From an uncultured Nitrososphaerales archaeon (lineage in GTDB: Archaea; Thermoproteota; Nitrososphaeria; Nitrososphaerales; Nitrosocaldaceae): DNA of 32,000 bases. The notes under the pieces were generated by a model that did no database searches, was not told where the DNA came from, and saw only the letters and a program-made list of their open reading frames with translations. The stretch spans positions 56,722-88,721 of the forward strand of contig CALHIV010000006.1 of assembly GCA_938030895.1 (NCBI GenBank), read 5' to 3'. Both the position numbers and the translations under genes were made by a program. Shown here in pieces: positions 1 to 8,622 of this stretch (within the stretch, counting starts at the first letter, position 1; each line of letters begins with the position of its first letter).

Positions 1-194
1 TCAAGGAACCTTATCCCATGCTCCTTATCCCACCAATCATTGCCAGATTGTATGTAACCCCTTGCCACTGCCAACTCCTTCAGTATATCCCCTCCAGAGT
101 AGTAGCGTAGGTTGAACCTATCTGCTATCGCCTTTGCTACTGTGGTCTTACCAACTGCAGGTAGACCTGATATTACTATGGATAGCTTATCCAT
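1..194 (-). CDS. cmk: Cytidylate kinase, archaeal type (N-terminal part only; gene runs off the window start)
   Basis: Reverse translation from the ATG at 194-192 gives MDKLSIVISGLPAVGKTTVAKAIADRFNLRYYSGGDILKELAVARGY..., which contains a P-loop GxxxxGKT. Its position after adk and the DUF106 gene matches the conserved archaeal secY-adk-DUF106-cmk order. It is absent from the ORF track because it is truncated. Confidence 0.7.
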   Translation of the reverse strand, partial: MDKLSIVISGLPAVGKTTVAKAIADRFNLRYYSGGDILKELAVARGYIQSGNDWWDKEHGIRFL

Positions 195-237
195 ACCTTG
201 AACTGATAATTGAGCAATATCTAATTTACTCTATCTA

Positions 238-332
238 CTCCTCTTCTCTCCTCTCCTCTTCTGTATTGTATTGTTTTGTTTTATATTGTTTTGTTTTATA
301 TTGCACTGTATCGTTATTGTTATCGTTATTGT
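238..332. repeat. Pyrimidine-only tract (238-262) followed by two short tandem duplications: 2 x 15 bp ttgttttgttttata (271-300) and 2 x 12 bp tatcgttattgt (309-332)
   Basis: Read directly from the sequence. It lies in the 164-bp spacer between the DUF106 gene stop (359) and the cmk start (194). Confidence 0.85.
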
Positions 333-358
333 ATTTCGCCCCATCATATCATCTCATA

Positions 359-1183
359 TTAGTTTATGCTCATCTCAGTCCTAGTTATCTTCATGACTAT
401 ACCAGAGAATGCTATGGATGCTATTGCATACCATGCCCAGAGCAGTACCTCATTCTCTGCTGTACATGATGGTACCCTCTCCTGAACCTTGCTCTCAACG
501 TTTGCATTAACTATGCTGTACGCTGCAAGTATCCTATCTCTAGCAGGGATATACTGCCCTATCTCAACCAACTCTCTAGCCTCCCTTGCAAGTGAGGTTA
601 CCTGATCCCTTGCTATAGAGTTCTGTAAACCTTCAGCATGCTTGATGAGCTCTTCTGTTATACTGTTCACATCCTTGACTATCATACTCTTTGTACATGT
701 TATTGGGAGTAGATCGCCAACTATGTTAAGCGAGATTGGAGATATGGCAACTGTATGTCCAAATACCTGAGGGAGAACAGCCCACCATATTATTAGCATG
801 GGTATCATGAAGACTATCATCGGTCTAAAGTTCATCTGCATAACCTCCATGTTGAGTCTGTTCATGTAATCCTGCTTGCCTCTTAGCCTCTCTATTCTCT
901 CCTTATCCTGCTTCCTCATAGCATCCATGTACTCCCTCCTCCAATCATTGATCTCCTTCATTATCCTCCTCAACTTCTGCATATCGGTCATCTTGAGTCT
1001 GAGCAGTGCATAGAAGAACTGCAACGCAACTGCTACTATACTTACCAGAATAGAGGCACTCATCATGTTAGTTATATATGGGTGGGCTGAGGCTGGGGGT
1101 GCAAGCTGCAATGGTAGAATACTAGGTAGTGAGGATAGATATTGTGTAAAGAGCAATGCTATGAGCCCCTCCATGCCAATCAT
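359..1183 (-). CDS. DUF106-family membrane protein (archaeal YidC/Oxa1/EMC3-like insertase homolog) carrying an extra soluble insertion
   Basis: 274-aa ORF. Its layout is TM, then a charged coiled coil (MQKLRRIMKEINDWRREYMDAMRKQDKERIERLRGKQDYMNRLNMEVMQMNFRPM), then a TM (IVFMIPMLIIWWAVLP), then a final TM (LLWAWYAIASIAFSGIVM). It sits in the conserved position between adk and cmk. Confidence 0.65.
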   Translation of the reverse strand: MIGMEGLIALLFTQYLSSLPSILPLQLAPPASAHPYITNMMSASILVSIVAVALQFFYALLRLKMTDMQKLRRIMKEINDWRREYMDAMRKQDKERIERLRGKQDYMNRLNMEVMQMNFRPMIVFMIPMLIIWWAVLPQVFGHTVAISPISLNIVGDLLPITCTKSMIVKDVNSITEELIKHAEGLQNSIARDQVTSLAREARELVEIGQYIPARDRILAAYSIVNANVESKVQERVPSCTAENEVLLWAWYAIASIAFSGIVMKITRTEMSIN

Positions 1184-1196
1184 AACATCACCTCAT

Positions 1197-1811
1197 CTAA
1201 TCTCTCCTATCAACAAGAAGACTCACCAACTCATGTGATGCCTCATCTACCTTGCCTTCTCTATTCATGACTATGGCGAATGGTGCTCCAGTGAGTATTG
1301 AGCATGCAGCAAGCATTATCCTTGCTATCTCTAACTCATGTGCTATCTCATCCTCATCCACAAGATCCCTCTGCCTACTCTTATCATTCATCCTCCTACC
1401 AAGTATCTCTCTAGGCTCTGCTGCAACCAGGATAAGGTTTGTTGGCTTGAGTAGGTTGAGTAGGTGCAATGGTAGGCCAGGGTAGTAGCCCTCCTTCGTG
1501 CTTATGAATAGATGGGTATCTATTATGATCACATCATCCTTCATATCTGCTATCTTCACTGCAGCATTCTCCTGCAACCTCCTCTGCTCCTCAACACCAA
1601 GCCTACGCATCTCATCCCTATGCTTTACACCCATTCTCATAGCCTCCTCGAACATCACGGTACCAAATACAACAAGCCTAGTATTCAAACCTTGCATATT
1701 AAGCATCTCTACAGCCCTAGTTATCACCGTAGTCTTGCCTACTCCTGGTATCCCTACCACTATTGCACGCTTCCTCTTACTTGCTATCTTACTTCCTTCC
1801 AAGGAGCGCAC
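1197..1811 (-). CDS. adkA: Adenylate kinase, archaeal type
   Basis: 204-aa ORF with the P-loop IVVGIPGVGKTTV, directly downstream of secY. The start codon is GTG (rc of 1809-1811); a TTG at 1802 is an alternative. It overlaps the secY 3' end. Confidence 0.9.
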   Translation of the reverse strand: MRSLEGSKIASKRKRAIVVGIPGVGKTTVITRAVEMLNMQGLNTRLVVFGTVMFEEAMRMGVKHRDEMRRLGVEEQRRLQENAAVKIADMKDDVIIIDTHLFISTKEGYYPGLPLHLLNLLKPTNLILVAAEPREILGRRMNDKSRQRDLVDEDEIAHELEIARIMLAACSILTGAPFAIVMNREGKVDEASHELVSLLVDRRD

Positions 1812-3213
1812 TCAACCTTGGCATGTAAACATCTATCTGCTCCCTCAGCAGTAGGTTGTAGTAGTTGATCAGTATATCAACCATCAAGAGCAGTCCTGTA
1901 CCAGTACCGAATGCACCCAGCACATCACTACCTCCAGCAAGGAAGCCCAAGAATAGAGAACTCATGAGCGTTACAGATGGTATATAGCGCTTTAAGAGCA
2001 TCTCTATAGATGACTCTACTCTTCTGAACCCTGGAACCTGTACATCTGCATCTATGAGGCTGCTTGCTGCTGCCTTTGGTGATAAACCTCCCAACTCTAT
2101 CCATAGTCTACCGAAGAGCACAACTATACCTGTGAGTATGAGCACGTAAGCAACAGCATGTAGAGGCTCTGTCATTGCGGTCTCTATACCCCTTGTTGGG
2201 ATGAGGAACTTCACTATCCCTCCTATTGGTATGCTGGGATTCTGTGGATCGAACATGGCTATCCAGTTGAACTCCTCTCTGTTATTCAATGGGTTATAGT
2301 TTGCCCAGAAGAGCTGTGACATGAATACAAGGTTAGCAATAAGTGCAGAAGCGAGTATAACTGGAACATTGGATACATACATGAACTTTATTGGATATGA
2401 AGCTGAGAACCCTCTAAACCTGCTGGAGACTATAGGTACCTCTATCTTCATACCCTGTGTGAAGAGGAGGAGTGCTATTATCGCTATGGTCACTAGTAGA
2501 CCTATGATATTTGGTAACTGCCCAAACCTTAACAATGCATACATGATATCAAAGTTACCACTAGAAGCCATCTGTATTAGCATTGGGAATATACCAAACG
2601 GTAGCCCATCCTGTGCAGTTACAGGGCTGAACATATGCCAGAGCACGCTCTGTGCTACCCCAGCCATTATGAATAGGCTTATCCCACTCCCTAGACCCCA
2701 GCCCTTCTGTACCATCTCATCAAGGAACATAACGATCAGGCTTGCACCTATCAACTGCCCTATTATTATCATTGTAACATCTTGAGGCATCTTGTATACC
2801 ATGGAACCATATATTGCTCCTTCAATCACTATCACAATTATGGTAACCAACTTGGTGGCAGAGGTGAATAATGCTCTATCCTCAGGGTTCTTAAAGTCCA
2901 ACTTGAATATCTCTGCGCCTTTGAGTAACTGCATCAGTAGTCCAGCAGTGACTATTGGTCCTATACCAAGTTCTATTAGGGTACCTTGCTGTGATGCAAA
3001 TATGACCCTGAAAGCAGCAAATGGGTCGAATGGGCTGGTTGGTGCACCATAGAGAGGTACCTGCCCCATAGCAAGATAAACGAGTAATGCAAACCCACTC
3101 CATACGAACTTCTGGGTGAGCGTCAGTTTCTTCTTTGGCTTTGGTATCTGGGGTAGGTATACTGAGGCCTTATCAACTATGCTTCTGAAGCTTATACCAG
3201 TAGGCTTCAGCAT
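1789..3213 (-). CDS. secY: Preprotein translocase subunit SecY
   Basis: 474-aa polytopic membrane ORF in the canonical uL15-secY-adk context. Typical SecY segments include GIGPIVTAGLLMQLL and GTGLLLMVDI. Confidence 0.95.
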   Translation of the reverse strand: MLKPTGISFRSIVDKASVYLPQIPKPKKKLTLTQKFVWSGFALLVYLAMGQVPLYGAPTSPFDPFAAFRVIFASQQGTLIELGIGPIVTAGLLMQLLKGAEIFKLDFKNPEDRALFTSATKLVTIIVIVIEGAIYGSMVYKMPQDVTMIIIGQLIGASLIVMFLDEMVQKGWGLGSGISLFIMAGVAQSVLWHMFSPVTAQDGLPFGIFPMLIQMASSGNFDIMYALLRFGQLPNIIGLLVTIAIIALLLFTQGMKIEVPIVSSRFRGFSASYPIKFMYVSNVPVILASALIANLVFMSQLFWANYNPLNNREEFNWIAMFDPQNPSIPIGGIVKFLIPTRGIETAMTEPLHAVAYVLILTGIVVLFGRLWIELGGLSPKAAASSLIDADVQVPGFRRVESSIEMLLKRYIPSVTLMSSLFLGFLAGGSDVLGAFGTGTGLLLMVDILINYYNLLLREQIDVYMPRLSALLGRK

Positions 3214-3629
3214 AGTATTATCTCACCACCAACGCTCGTAACCTTTGACTTTGCAGAGTCTGTACATGCCTTAACTATAACAGTGTAAACACCCTTTACA
3301 CCACCAGAACCCAGTAACTTATCATAACCCAATGAGTTGAGATCTATAACCTTCTTACCATTATTATCATCAACCTTACCATACTTGAGGAAGAGATCGT
3401 CTAGGTTACCAACATTAACCCAACGCTTTACGATCTTACTGGTTGGGTTATGGAATCCATGCTTACCGAAGTACTTACCCTCCATAAGCACAGCTTGAGT
3501 CCATTTGTGCTTGTGTAGACCAACCTTCCTGTAGCCCTTCTTCCCTGTATCTCTATGCTGGCCTATCTGACCCCATCCATGGGTCCTTGAGCCTCTCAGC
3601 CTCCTAACCTTTCTGAACCTAGTTGCCAT
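3207..3629 (-). CDS. rpl15: 50S ribosomal protein uL15
   Basis: 140-aa ORF with N-terminus MATRFRKVRRLRGSRTHGWGQIGQHRDTGKKG. It has a 7-nt overlap with the secY start. Confidence 0.9.
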   Translation of the reverse strand: MATRFRKVRRLRGSRTHGWGQIGQHRDTGKKGYRKVGLHKHKWTQAVLMEGKYFGKHGFHNPTSKIVKRWVNVGNLDDLFLKYGKVDDNNGKKVIDLNSLGYDKLLGSGGVKGVYTVIVKACTDSAKSKVTSVGGEIILC

Positions 3630-3829
3630 ACATTACCAGATGAGGAGGCCTTAATTAAGCCTTGCTATATAACATCATGCATATATTGATCAGTATGTAT
3701 ATGTATATAACTACGTTTATTGGTATTATTGATTAGATTAATCATCCATGCAAGATAGAATGAGGAGAATAGTACAAGTAATGTTAGAGTAGAATATAAG
3801 CAACACAGATTGGTTGCTGATCTAGACTT

Positions 3830-4273
3830 TTAGATCATTCTATTAGCAAGTTGCAGTAACTCCTCGTTCTCTCCTAGTATACCACCATCACTGTGCATAT
3901 GCTTACTGCTCCTCTTGAATCCTCCTTTTGGAGGGGCTAGCGCAAACCAAGGTCTCATGCCCTTAAGCCTTGACAACACCGTGTTATCATTTGCGAGTGC
4001 CTCTGCAAGATCATCTATGCTTGAGAATCCAATATTATTTATATCTTCATGCTTGTATTTACCTCTCTTCTCCAACAACACCTTTATGAACCCTGCATCG
4101 ACTTTGCACCATGCTACATAATCCTTAACCGTCCTAAGCATCCCTATATAAGGCTCTCGCTCAGGCACTATCGTTGCATTGAACCTCCTCCTTAGGTTGA
4201 GGAGTGCTAACGTATGCCTTGCCCAGTGTGGTACGTTTATCGTGCCTCTTAGTCTTATAACGAGGTAAGCCAT
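3830..4273 (-). CDS. rpl30: 50S ribosomal protein uL30
   Basis: MAYLVIRLRGTINVPHWARHTLALLNLRRRFNATIV is a typical uL30 N-terminus. The ORF track starts 9 codons earlier (ATG at 4300), which is a possible alternative start. Confidence 0.85.
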   Translation of the reverse strand: MAYLVIRLRGTINVPHWARHTLALLNLRRRFNATIVPEREPYIGMLRTVKDYVAWCKVDAGFIKVLLEKRGKYKHEDINNIGFSSIDDLAEALANDNTVLSRLKGMRPWFALAPPKGGFKRSSKHMHSDGGILGENEELLQLANRMI

Positions 4274-4303
4274 ATCTATAGTACACCCCTTTTCTCCCAT
4301 ACA

Positions 4304-4948
4304 TCAACCTATGCTGTATGTATTCCTTAACGCATTATATACTGCTAGAGCAGTGGAAGACATTGTATTTGTTGAGCCGAAGGTTCTAGTCCATGCATCC
4401 ATTATCCCTGCAAGTCTTAGCATCGTTGTTATATTTGCCCCTGCTACAAGTCCAAGCCCTCTAGGCCCAGGAATGATCTCTATCTTGACGCTCCCTCCCT
4501 TGCCTACCACCTTGAATGGCACTGAGTGCTGTATAGTGCATCTACACTCCCAACTCCCACATCCAAGTTTTACCGGTATTATATTGAGCATAGCATCTCT
4601 CGTTGCCTTATCTATTGCAAGCCTCATCTGTGATGCCTTACCTCTCCCTATACCAAACCAGCCATCTCCATTCCCGCATGCAACTATCGCGCTGAACCTT
4701 GTGAGTTCACCAGCATCTGTCTGCTTCTGTACAACACCAACATGCACAACCTCGCTCTTCAGATCTGGTAGAAGTATCTTCACGATCTCTGGCTCTCTCA
4801 GCCTGTAACCCTGCTCGAATACCTGCTCTAGAGAAGTTATCTGCTTGTTCGCTACATAGACTCCCAGTTTTGTTCTAGGTATCCAACCTTCTAAACCCTC
4901 GCCCTCTCTCTCCCTCTCAGATCCTATATACCTACTGCCTGTGCTCAT
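4304..4948 (-). CDS. rps5: 30S ribosomal protein uS5
   Basis: uS5-like sequence (GRGKASQMRLAIDKATRDAMLNIIPV, GSVKIEIIPGPRGLGLVAG). I prefer the ATG at 4948, one nt after the uL18 stop, over the TTG at 4960 used by the ORF track. Confidence 0.9.
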   Translation of the reverse strand: MSTGSRYIGSEREREGEGLEGWIPRTKLGVYVANKQITSLEQVFEQGYRLREPEIVKILLPDLKSEVVHVGVVQKQTDAGELTRFSAIVACGNGDGWFGIGRGKASQMRLAIDKATRDAMLNIIPVKLGCGSWECRCTIQHSVPFKVVGKGGSVKIEIIPGPRGLGLVAGANITTMLRLAGIMDAWTRTFGSTNTMSSTALAVYNALRNTYSIG

Positions 4949-4949
4949 A

Positions 4950-5525
4950 TCAATCACCAAAGTGCTTCATTATATTATCCTTAACCTCGTTGAAGTGCTT
5001 AACACAATCCTCTGGTCTCAAACCTCTAGCAAGTATGGCTGAGAACCTCTTGGAGTAGAGTTCCTCATCCTCCTCCTTGAGCATCTTTGCATACTCTGCT
5101 ATATGCTCCCCAACTATCCTACCATCATCTGGTAGGGCATCGTCTCCTACTGGAATATTCAAGCCTGCATCTCTAAGCCCTTTTGTACAGGCCCCTATTC
5201 TAGGGGAGAAGCCTCTCACACCTACATACACTATGCAACCATCTACACCATTTGCTTTAGCCTTCTTCCCAGCTAGAAGGCCCGTAAGGTAGCATGCTGG
5301 AAGGCACCTCCTCGAACCCTTCCAACCATACTTGAGCAACTCTCTGCTATGTGCAGATGCTAACACCACATCGCCCTTAATGGATGCTTTGCTTATCTGA
5401 ACCATGATATTCTCATCACTAACCCTTATGGTTGCAAATACATGTTTGCCTAGCAGTATCGCCTTCCTCTTCCTGTAGTCTGTTCTACCCTCCCTTATGC
5501 GTTTGAGCGTCTGTATGTAACCCAA
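4950..5525 (-). CDS. rpl18: 50S ribosomal protein uL18
   Basis: 191-aa ORF containing REGRTDYRKRKAILLGKHVFATIRVSDENIMVQI, as in the uL18/L5e family. The start is apparently TTG (rc of 5523-5525), with a tttataag box about 25-30 bp upstream on the minus strand. Confidence 0.85.
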   Translation of the reverse strand: MGYIQTLKRIREGRTDYRKRKAILLGKHVFATIRVSDENIMVQISKASIKGDVVLASAHSRELLKYGWKGSRRCLPACYLTGLLAGKKAKANGVDGCIVYVGVRGFSPRIGACTKGLRDAGLNIPVGDDALPDDGRIVGEHIAEYAKMLKEEDEELYSKRFSAILARGLRPEDCVKHFNEVKDNIMKHFGD

Positions 5526-5780
5526 CCCGTGCTAACATATATCTAAGCACTTATAAATCTTCACAATCTGCTCATCATATAAGGAGGGTAGAACTCAACT
5601 CTATCCTAGGCATTCTCCCTTACCTGCATATATCCTCAGATTGGTTGATGCCTTATCTTATACTGTAACCACCAGACTACCCCAATCTAATAGACTCGTT
5701 CTCTACTATGCAGAATGCTAACACCGCTACTCACTCGATCTAAAAGGGAGCAAGGTATTAGATGTGTATATGCTAAGAAG

Positions 5781-5874
5781 CATATGGTGCTATGCTATGC
5801 TATGCTATACATCTGAGCTCCTTACAATTTTATCCTTCTTGAGTCTACATATGGTGCTATGCTATGCTATACAT
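5781..5874. repeat. Direct repeat catatggtgc(tatgc)n tatacat: copy 1 at 5781-5812 (n=3), copy 2 at 5848-5874 (n=2)
   Basis: Read directly. The two copies are identical except for one pentamer unit. They lie in the 463-bp divergent spacer between uL18 and the SWIM gene. Confidence 0.9.
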
Positions 5875-5988
5875 GCCTGCATACCATCACACTATTCCCA
5901 TGTGTAGTTACCTTCGCTAACAAATTGATAGCAAGATGACTGTTGATAGCAATGGGTTAATTAATCGATACATATGATCAAATAATCG

Positions 5989-6330
5989 ATGGATGAGCGT
6001 ATGAAGAGGGTAGAAAGGATTGCATATGGAAAGGCTGTCAAGTTGCATGTATTCATGCCTAGCAGTAGGAGAGTATGGACGGTTGTAGGCCGTAAGCATG
6101 AGTACTGGGTTCACCCTCCTCACTTCTGCACATGTAAAGACTACTACTTTAGGGCAAGGGCAGTTGAAGGCAGTGAGGAGAAGGAGAAGGTCTCATGTTA
6201 CCATCTGAAGGCTGTTGCTATGGCAGAGGGCTCAGGCATGGTCGATGGAGTATACTTCCATGATGATGAGTACTATGGTTTCATAAGGGCGTTGATAAAG
6301 ATGATATATGGAGGGGTAACGAATAGTTAG
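5989..6330 (+). CDS. Small archaeal SWIM-type zinc-finger protein
   Basis: 113-aa ORF with a CxC...CxH pattern (FCTCKDYYF ... VSCYHLKAV). The N-terminus (KLHVFMPSSRRVWTVVGRKHEYWV) is typical of small archaeal SWIM proteins. Confidence 0.6.
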   Translation: MDERMKRVERIAYGKAVKLHVFMPSSRRVWTVVGRKHEYWVHPPHFCTCKDYYFRARAVEGSEEKEKVSCYHLKAVAMAEGSGMVDGVYFHDDEYYGFIRALIKMIYGGVTNS

Positions 6331-6360
6331 GCTTTTATCTTTCAGTGTGGGTGATAGGGC

Positions 6361-6828
6361 ATGAGTGAGAGGAGGGGTTTGAATATAGGTGATGCAGCCC
6401 CAGACTTCACCGCAGAATCTACGCTAGGGAGGATAACACTCAGCGACTACAAGGGTAAGAAGAGTATAGTACTCTACTTCTATGTCAAGGATATGACCCC
6501 AGGGTGCACAATACAATCTATAGGCATGAAGGATAGTATAGAGAGGATCAGGGCTCTAGGAGGAGAGGTTATAGGAGTAAGTAGCGATGACCTCGAGTCT
6601 CACAAGAGGTTCGCCTCAAAGTATGGACTCAACTTCCCGCTAGTTAGCGATGTAGATAACAGAATAAGCAAGATGTATGGTGTATTCAATGAGGAGAAGG
6701 GGAGAGCAAGGAGAGTAACCTTCATAATAGATAAGGATGGGATGATAAGGCATATAATGAACAGGGTGGATGTTAATGATCATGCCGGCGATGTTATAGA
6801 TATACTAGCCAAGATACAACGCCAGTAA
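6361..6828 (+). CDS. bcp: Peroxiredoxin, Bcp/PrxQ type (AhpC/TSA family)
   Basis: 155-aa ORF with the peroxidatic Cys motif in FYVKDMTPGCTIQS and FPLVSDVDNRISKMYGV. Confidence 0.85.
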   Translation: MSERRGLNIGDAAPDFTAESTLGRITLSDYKGKKSIVLYFYVKDMTPGCTIQSIGMKDSIERIRALGGEVIGVSSDDLESHKRFASKYGLNFPLVSDVDNRISKMYGVFNEEKGRARRVTFIIDKDGMIRHIMNRVDVNDHAGDVIDILAKIQRQ

Positions 6829-6863
6829 ATAATGGTTATGTAGTAAATAATGGTTATGATAGT

Positions 6864-6877
6864 AATATTATAATATT
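6864..6877 (+). promoter_or_regulatory. 14-bp perfect AT palindrome aatattataatatt, a likely TATA-box region for purD
   Basis: Its centre is about 30 bp upstream of the purD ATG (6901). This matches the A/T-box-to-ATG spacing seen at other genes in the window. Confidence 0.35.
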
Positions 6878-6900
6878 TATAGTTGAGATGGTTAAAGCAT

Positions 6901-8196
6901 ATGAACGTACTTGTGATAGGTTCTGGTGCAAGAGAGCATGCCCTAGGCTGGAAGGTCTCAAAGAGTAGCAGGGTTAAGAAGGTATTCTTTGCCCCTGGGA
7001 ATGGTGGTACACAACTTGCTGGTTATGAGAATATTAGGGTAGGTATAAGGGAGTATGATAAACTCCTCAGGTTTGCAAGTGAGCATAGATGCTTAACCAT
7101 TGTTGGACCTGAAGAGCCATTGGCAAATGGTATAGTGGATCTATTCAAGAGTAATGGACTAAGGATACTTGGCCCTAACAAGGATGCAGCAAGGTTAGAG
7201 GGTAGCAAGGTATGGACAAAGGAGTTCATGAAGAGGCATGGTATACCAACAGCAGAGTTTCATGTCTTTGATGATCCAGAGGCTGCAAAGGATCAGATAG
7301 CAAGGAGCAAGAGGGATGATTTGGTTGTAAAGGCTGATGGGCTTGCTGCTGGTAAGGGTGTAGTAGTATGCAATAGCAAGGAGGAGGCATATGCAGCAGT
7401 GGATAGGATGATGAAGGATAAGGTATTCGGTGCTGCTGGTAATAGGGTAGTCTTGGAGGAGAGGCTGTATGGGGATGAGGCATCGTTCATATGCATGAGT
7501 GATGGTAAGCATGTAATACCATTGGCAACAAGCCAAGATCACAAGAGGGCCTATGATAACGATGAGGGTCCAAACACAGGTGGTATGGGCGCATACTCAC
7601 CAAACCCTATGATAGATGGGAAGATGCACGAATGGATAATGCGTAACATAATGGAGAAGGCTATAGATGGATTGAGGCAAGAGGGGATAGAGTTCAAGGG
7701 CTTCCTATACGCTGGGCTCATGTTAGTTGATGGCAAGGCCTACGTTCTAGAGTTCAATGTCAGGCTTGGTGATCCAGAGGCACAGGTGATACTGCCAAGG
7801 TTAAAGTCGGATCTAATAGAGTATGTTGATCATTGCATAGATGGTTCGCTCGATGAGGCTGAGGATATGGTATGGGATGAGAAGGTAGCGGTATGCGTAG
7901 TATTAGCATCGAGAGGCTATCCAGATGCATATGAGAAGGGCAAGGTTATAACAGGGCTGGATAGGCTTGATGGTATCGATGATGTGCTGGTATTCCATGC
8001 TGGTACAAGAGTTACAGATGATGGTAATAGGTTAGTAACTGATGGAGGTAGGGTTCTGAGCGTTGTAGCATTGGGTAGCAACATGAATGATGCAATAGAG
8101 AGGGTATACGCTGTAATCCCTAACGTACATTGGGAAGGGATGCATTATAGAAGGGATATAGGGAGGAGGGCATTAAGGTATTTATTGAGTAAATGA
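6901..8196 (+). CDS. purD: Phosphoribosylamine--glycine ligase (GAR synthetase)
   Basis: MNVLVIGSGAREHALGWK N-terminus, ATP-grasp core, EFNVRLGDPE and GGRVL motifs. The ORF-track start at 6883 is a TTG; I prefer the ATG at 6901. Confidence 0.9.
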   Translation: MNVLVIGSGAREHALGWKVSKSSRVKKVFFAPGNGGTQLAGYENIRVGIREYDKLLRFASEHRCLTIVGPEEPLANGIVDLFKSNGLRILGPNKDAARLEGSKVWTKEFMKRHGIPTAEFHVFDDPEAAKDQIARSKRDDLVVKADGLAAGKGVVVCNSKEEAYAAVDRMMKDKVFGAAGNRVVLEERLYGDEASFICMSDGKHVIPLATSQDHKRAYDNDEGPNTGGMGAYSPNPMIDGKMHEWIMRNIMEKAIDGLRQEGIEFKGFLYAGLMLVDGKAYVLEFNVRLGDPEAQVILPRLKSDLIEYVDHCIDGSLDEAEDMVWDEKVAVCVVLASRGYPDAYEKGKVITGLDRLDGIDDVLVFHAGTRVTDDGNRLVTDGGRVLSVVALGSNMNDAIERVYAVIPNVHWEGMHYRRDIGRRALRYLLSK

Positions 8197-8212
8197 CCCA
8201 CCTATATCATCA

Positions 8213-8542
8213 ATGCTTAACATAGGTGGAAGTGAATGGGTGATAATAATACTGCTATTCCTTATACTCATAGTAGGAAGTAAGCATCTTCCCACTCTAG
8301 GGAGGAGTATAGGTAGAGCGGTTGGGGAGTATGAGAGGGCAAGGGCAGGCGTAATGAGAGAACTGGAGAGGATCAATACAAGTTCTAATCTAGGGGGTAT
8401 GACCATGCCCATCAAGGGGCCTGTGGAGAGCGAGAGGGCAAAGTTGGAGGTTATAGCAAAGACACTGGGTATAGACCCAAATGGGCTGAGTGATGATGAG
8501 TTGAAGAGGTTGATACATAACAGGTTAAGTAGTATCATGTAA
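8213..8542 (+). CDS. tatA: Twin-arginine translocase subunit TatA/E-like
   Basis: N-terminus GGSEWVIIILLFLILIVGSKHLPTLGRSIGRAVGEYERAR, which is a TM helix followed by an amphipathic helix with the FG.K.LP..GR..G motif pattern. Confidence 0.7.
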   Translation: MLNIGGSEWVIIILLFLILIVGSKHLPTLGRSIGRAVGEYERARAGVMRELERINTSSNLGGMTMPIKGPVESERAKLEVIAKTLGIDPNGLSDDELKRLIHNRLSSIM

Positions 8543-8622
8543 GGGAGCATACATGCAACCATTATATTAGCCATTCACTCCCCATGTAAAACTTTATTTA
8601 TTAGCATCTTACACTTGCAAGT

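Noticed and set aside
134-469. 111-aa plus-strand ORF spanning the cmk/DUF106 spacer
   Set aside because: The translation is low complexity (LYCFVLYCFVLYC) and is produced by the tandem DNA repeats. It overlaps the cmk start and the DUF106 3' end, and it has no recognisable motif.
1252-3103. ORFs opposite to, or in other frames of, adk and secY (1252-1485, 1498-1868, 2321-2785, 2792-3052, 2891-3103)
   Set aside because: They overlap confidently identified genes and have biased, motif-free translations.
8182-8574. 130-aa minus-strand ORF opposite tatA
   Set aside because: The plus-strand frame carries a clear TatA signature (TM + FG.K.LP..GR). The minus-strand ORF is a hydrophobic antisense artefact.
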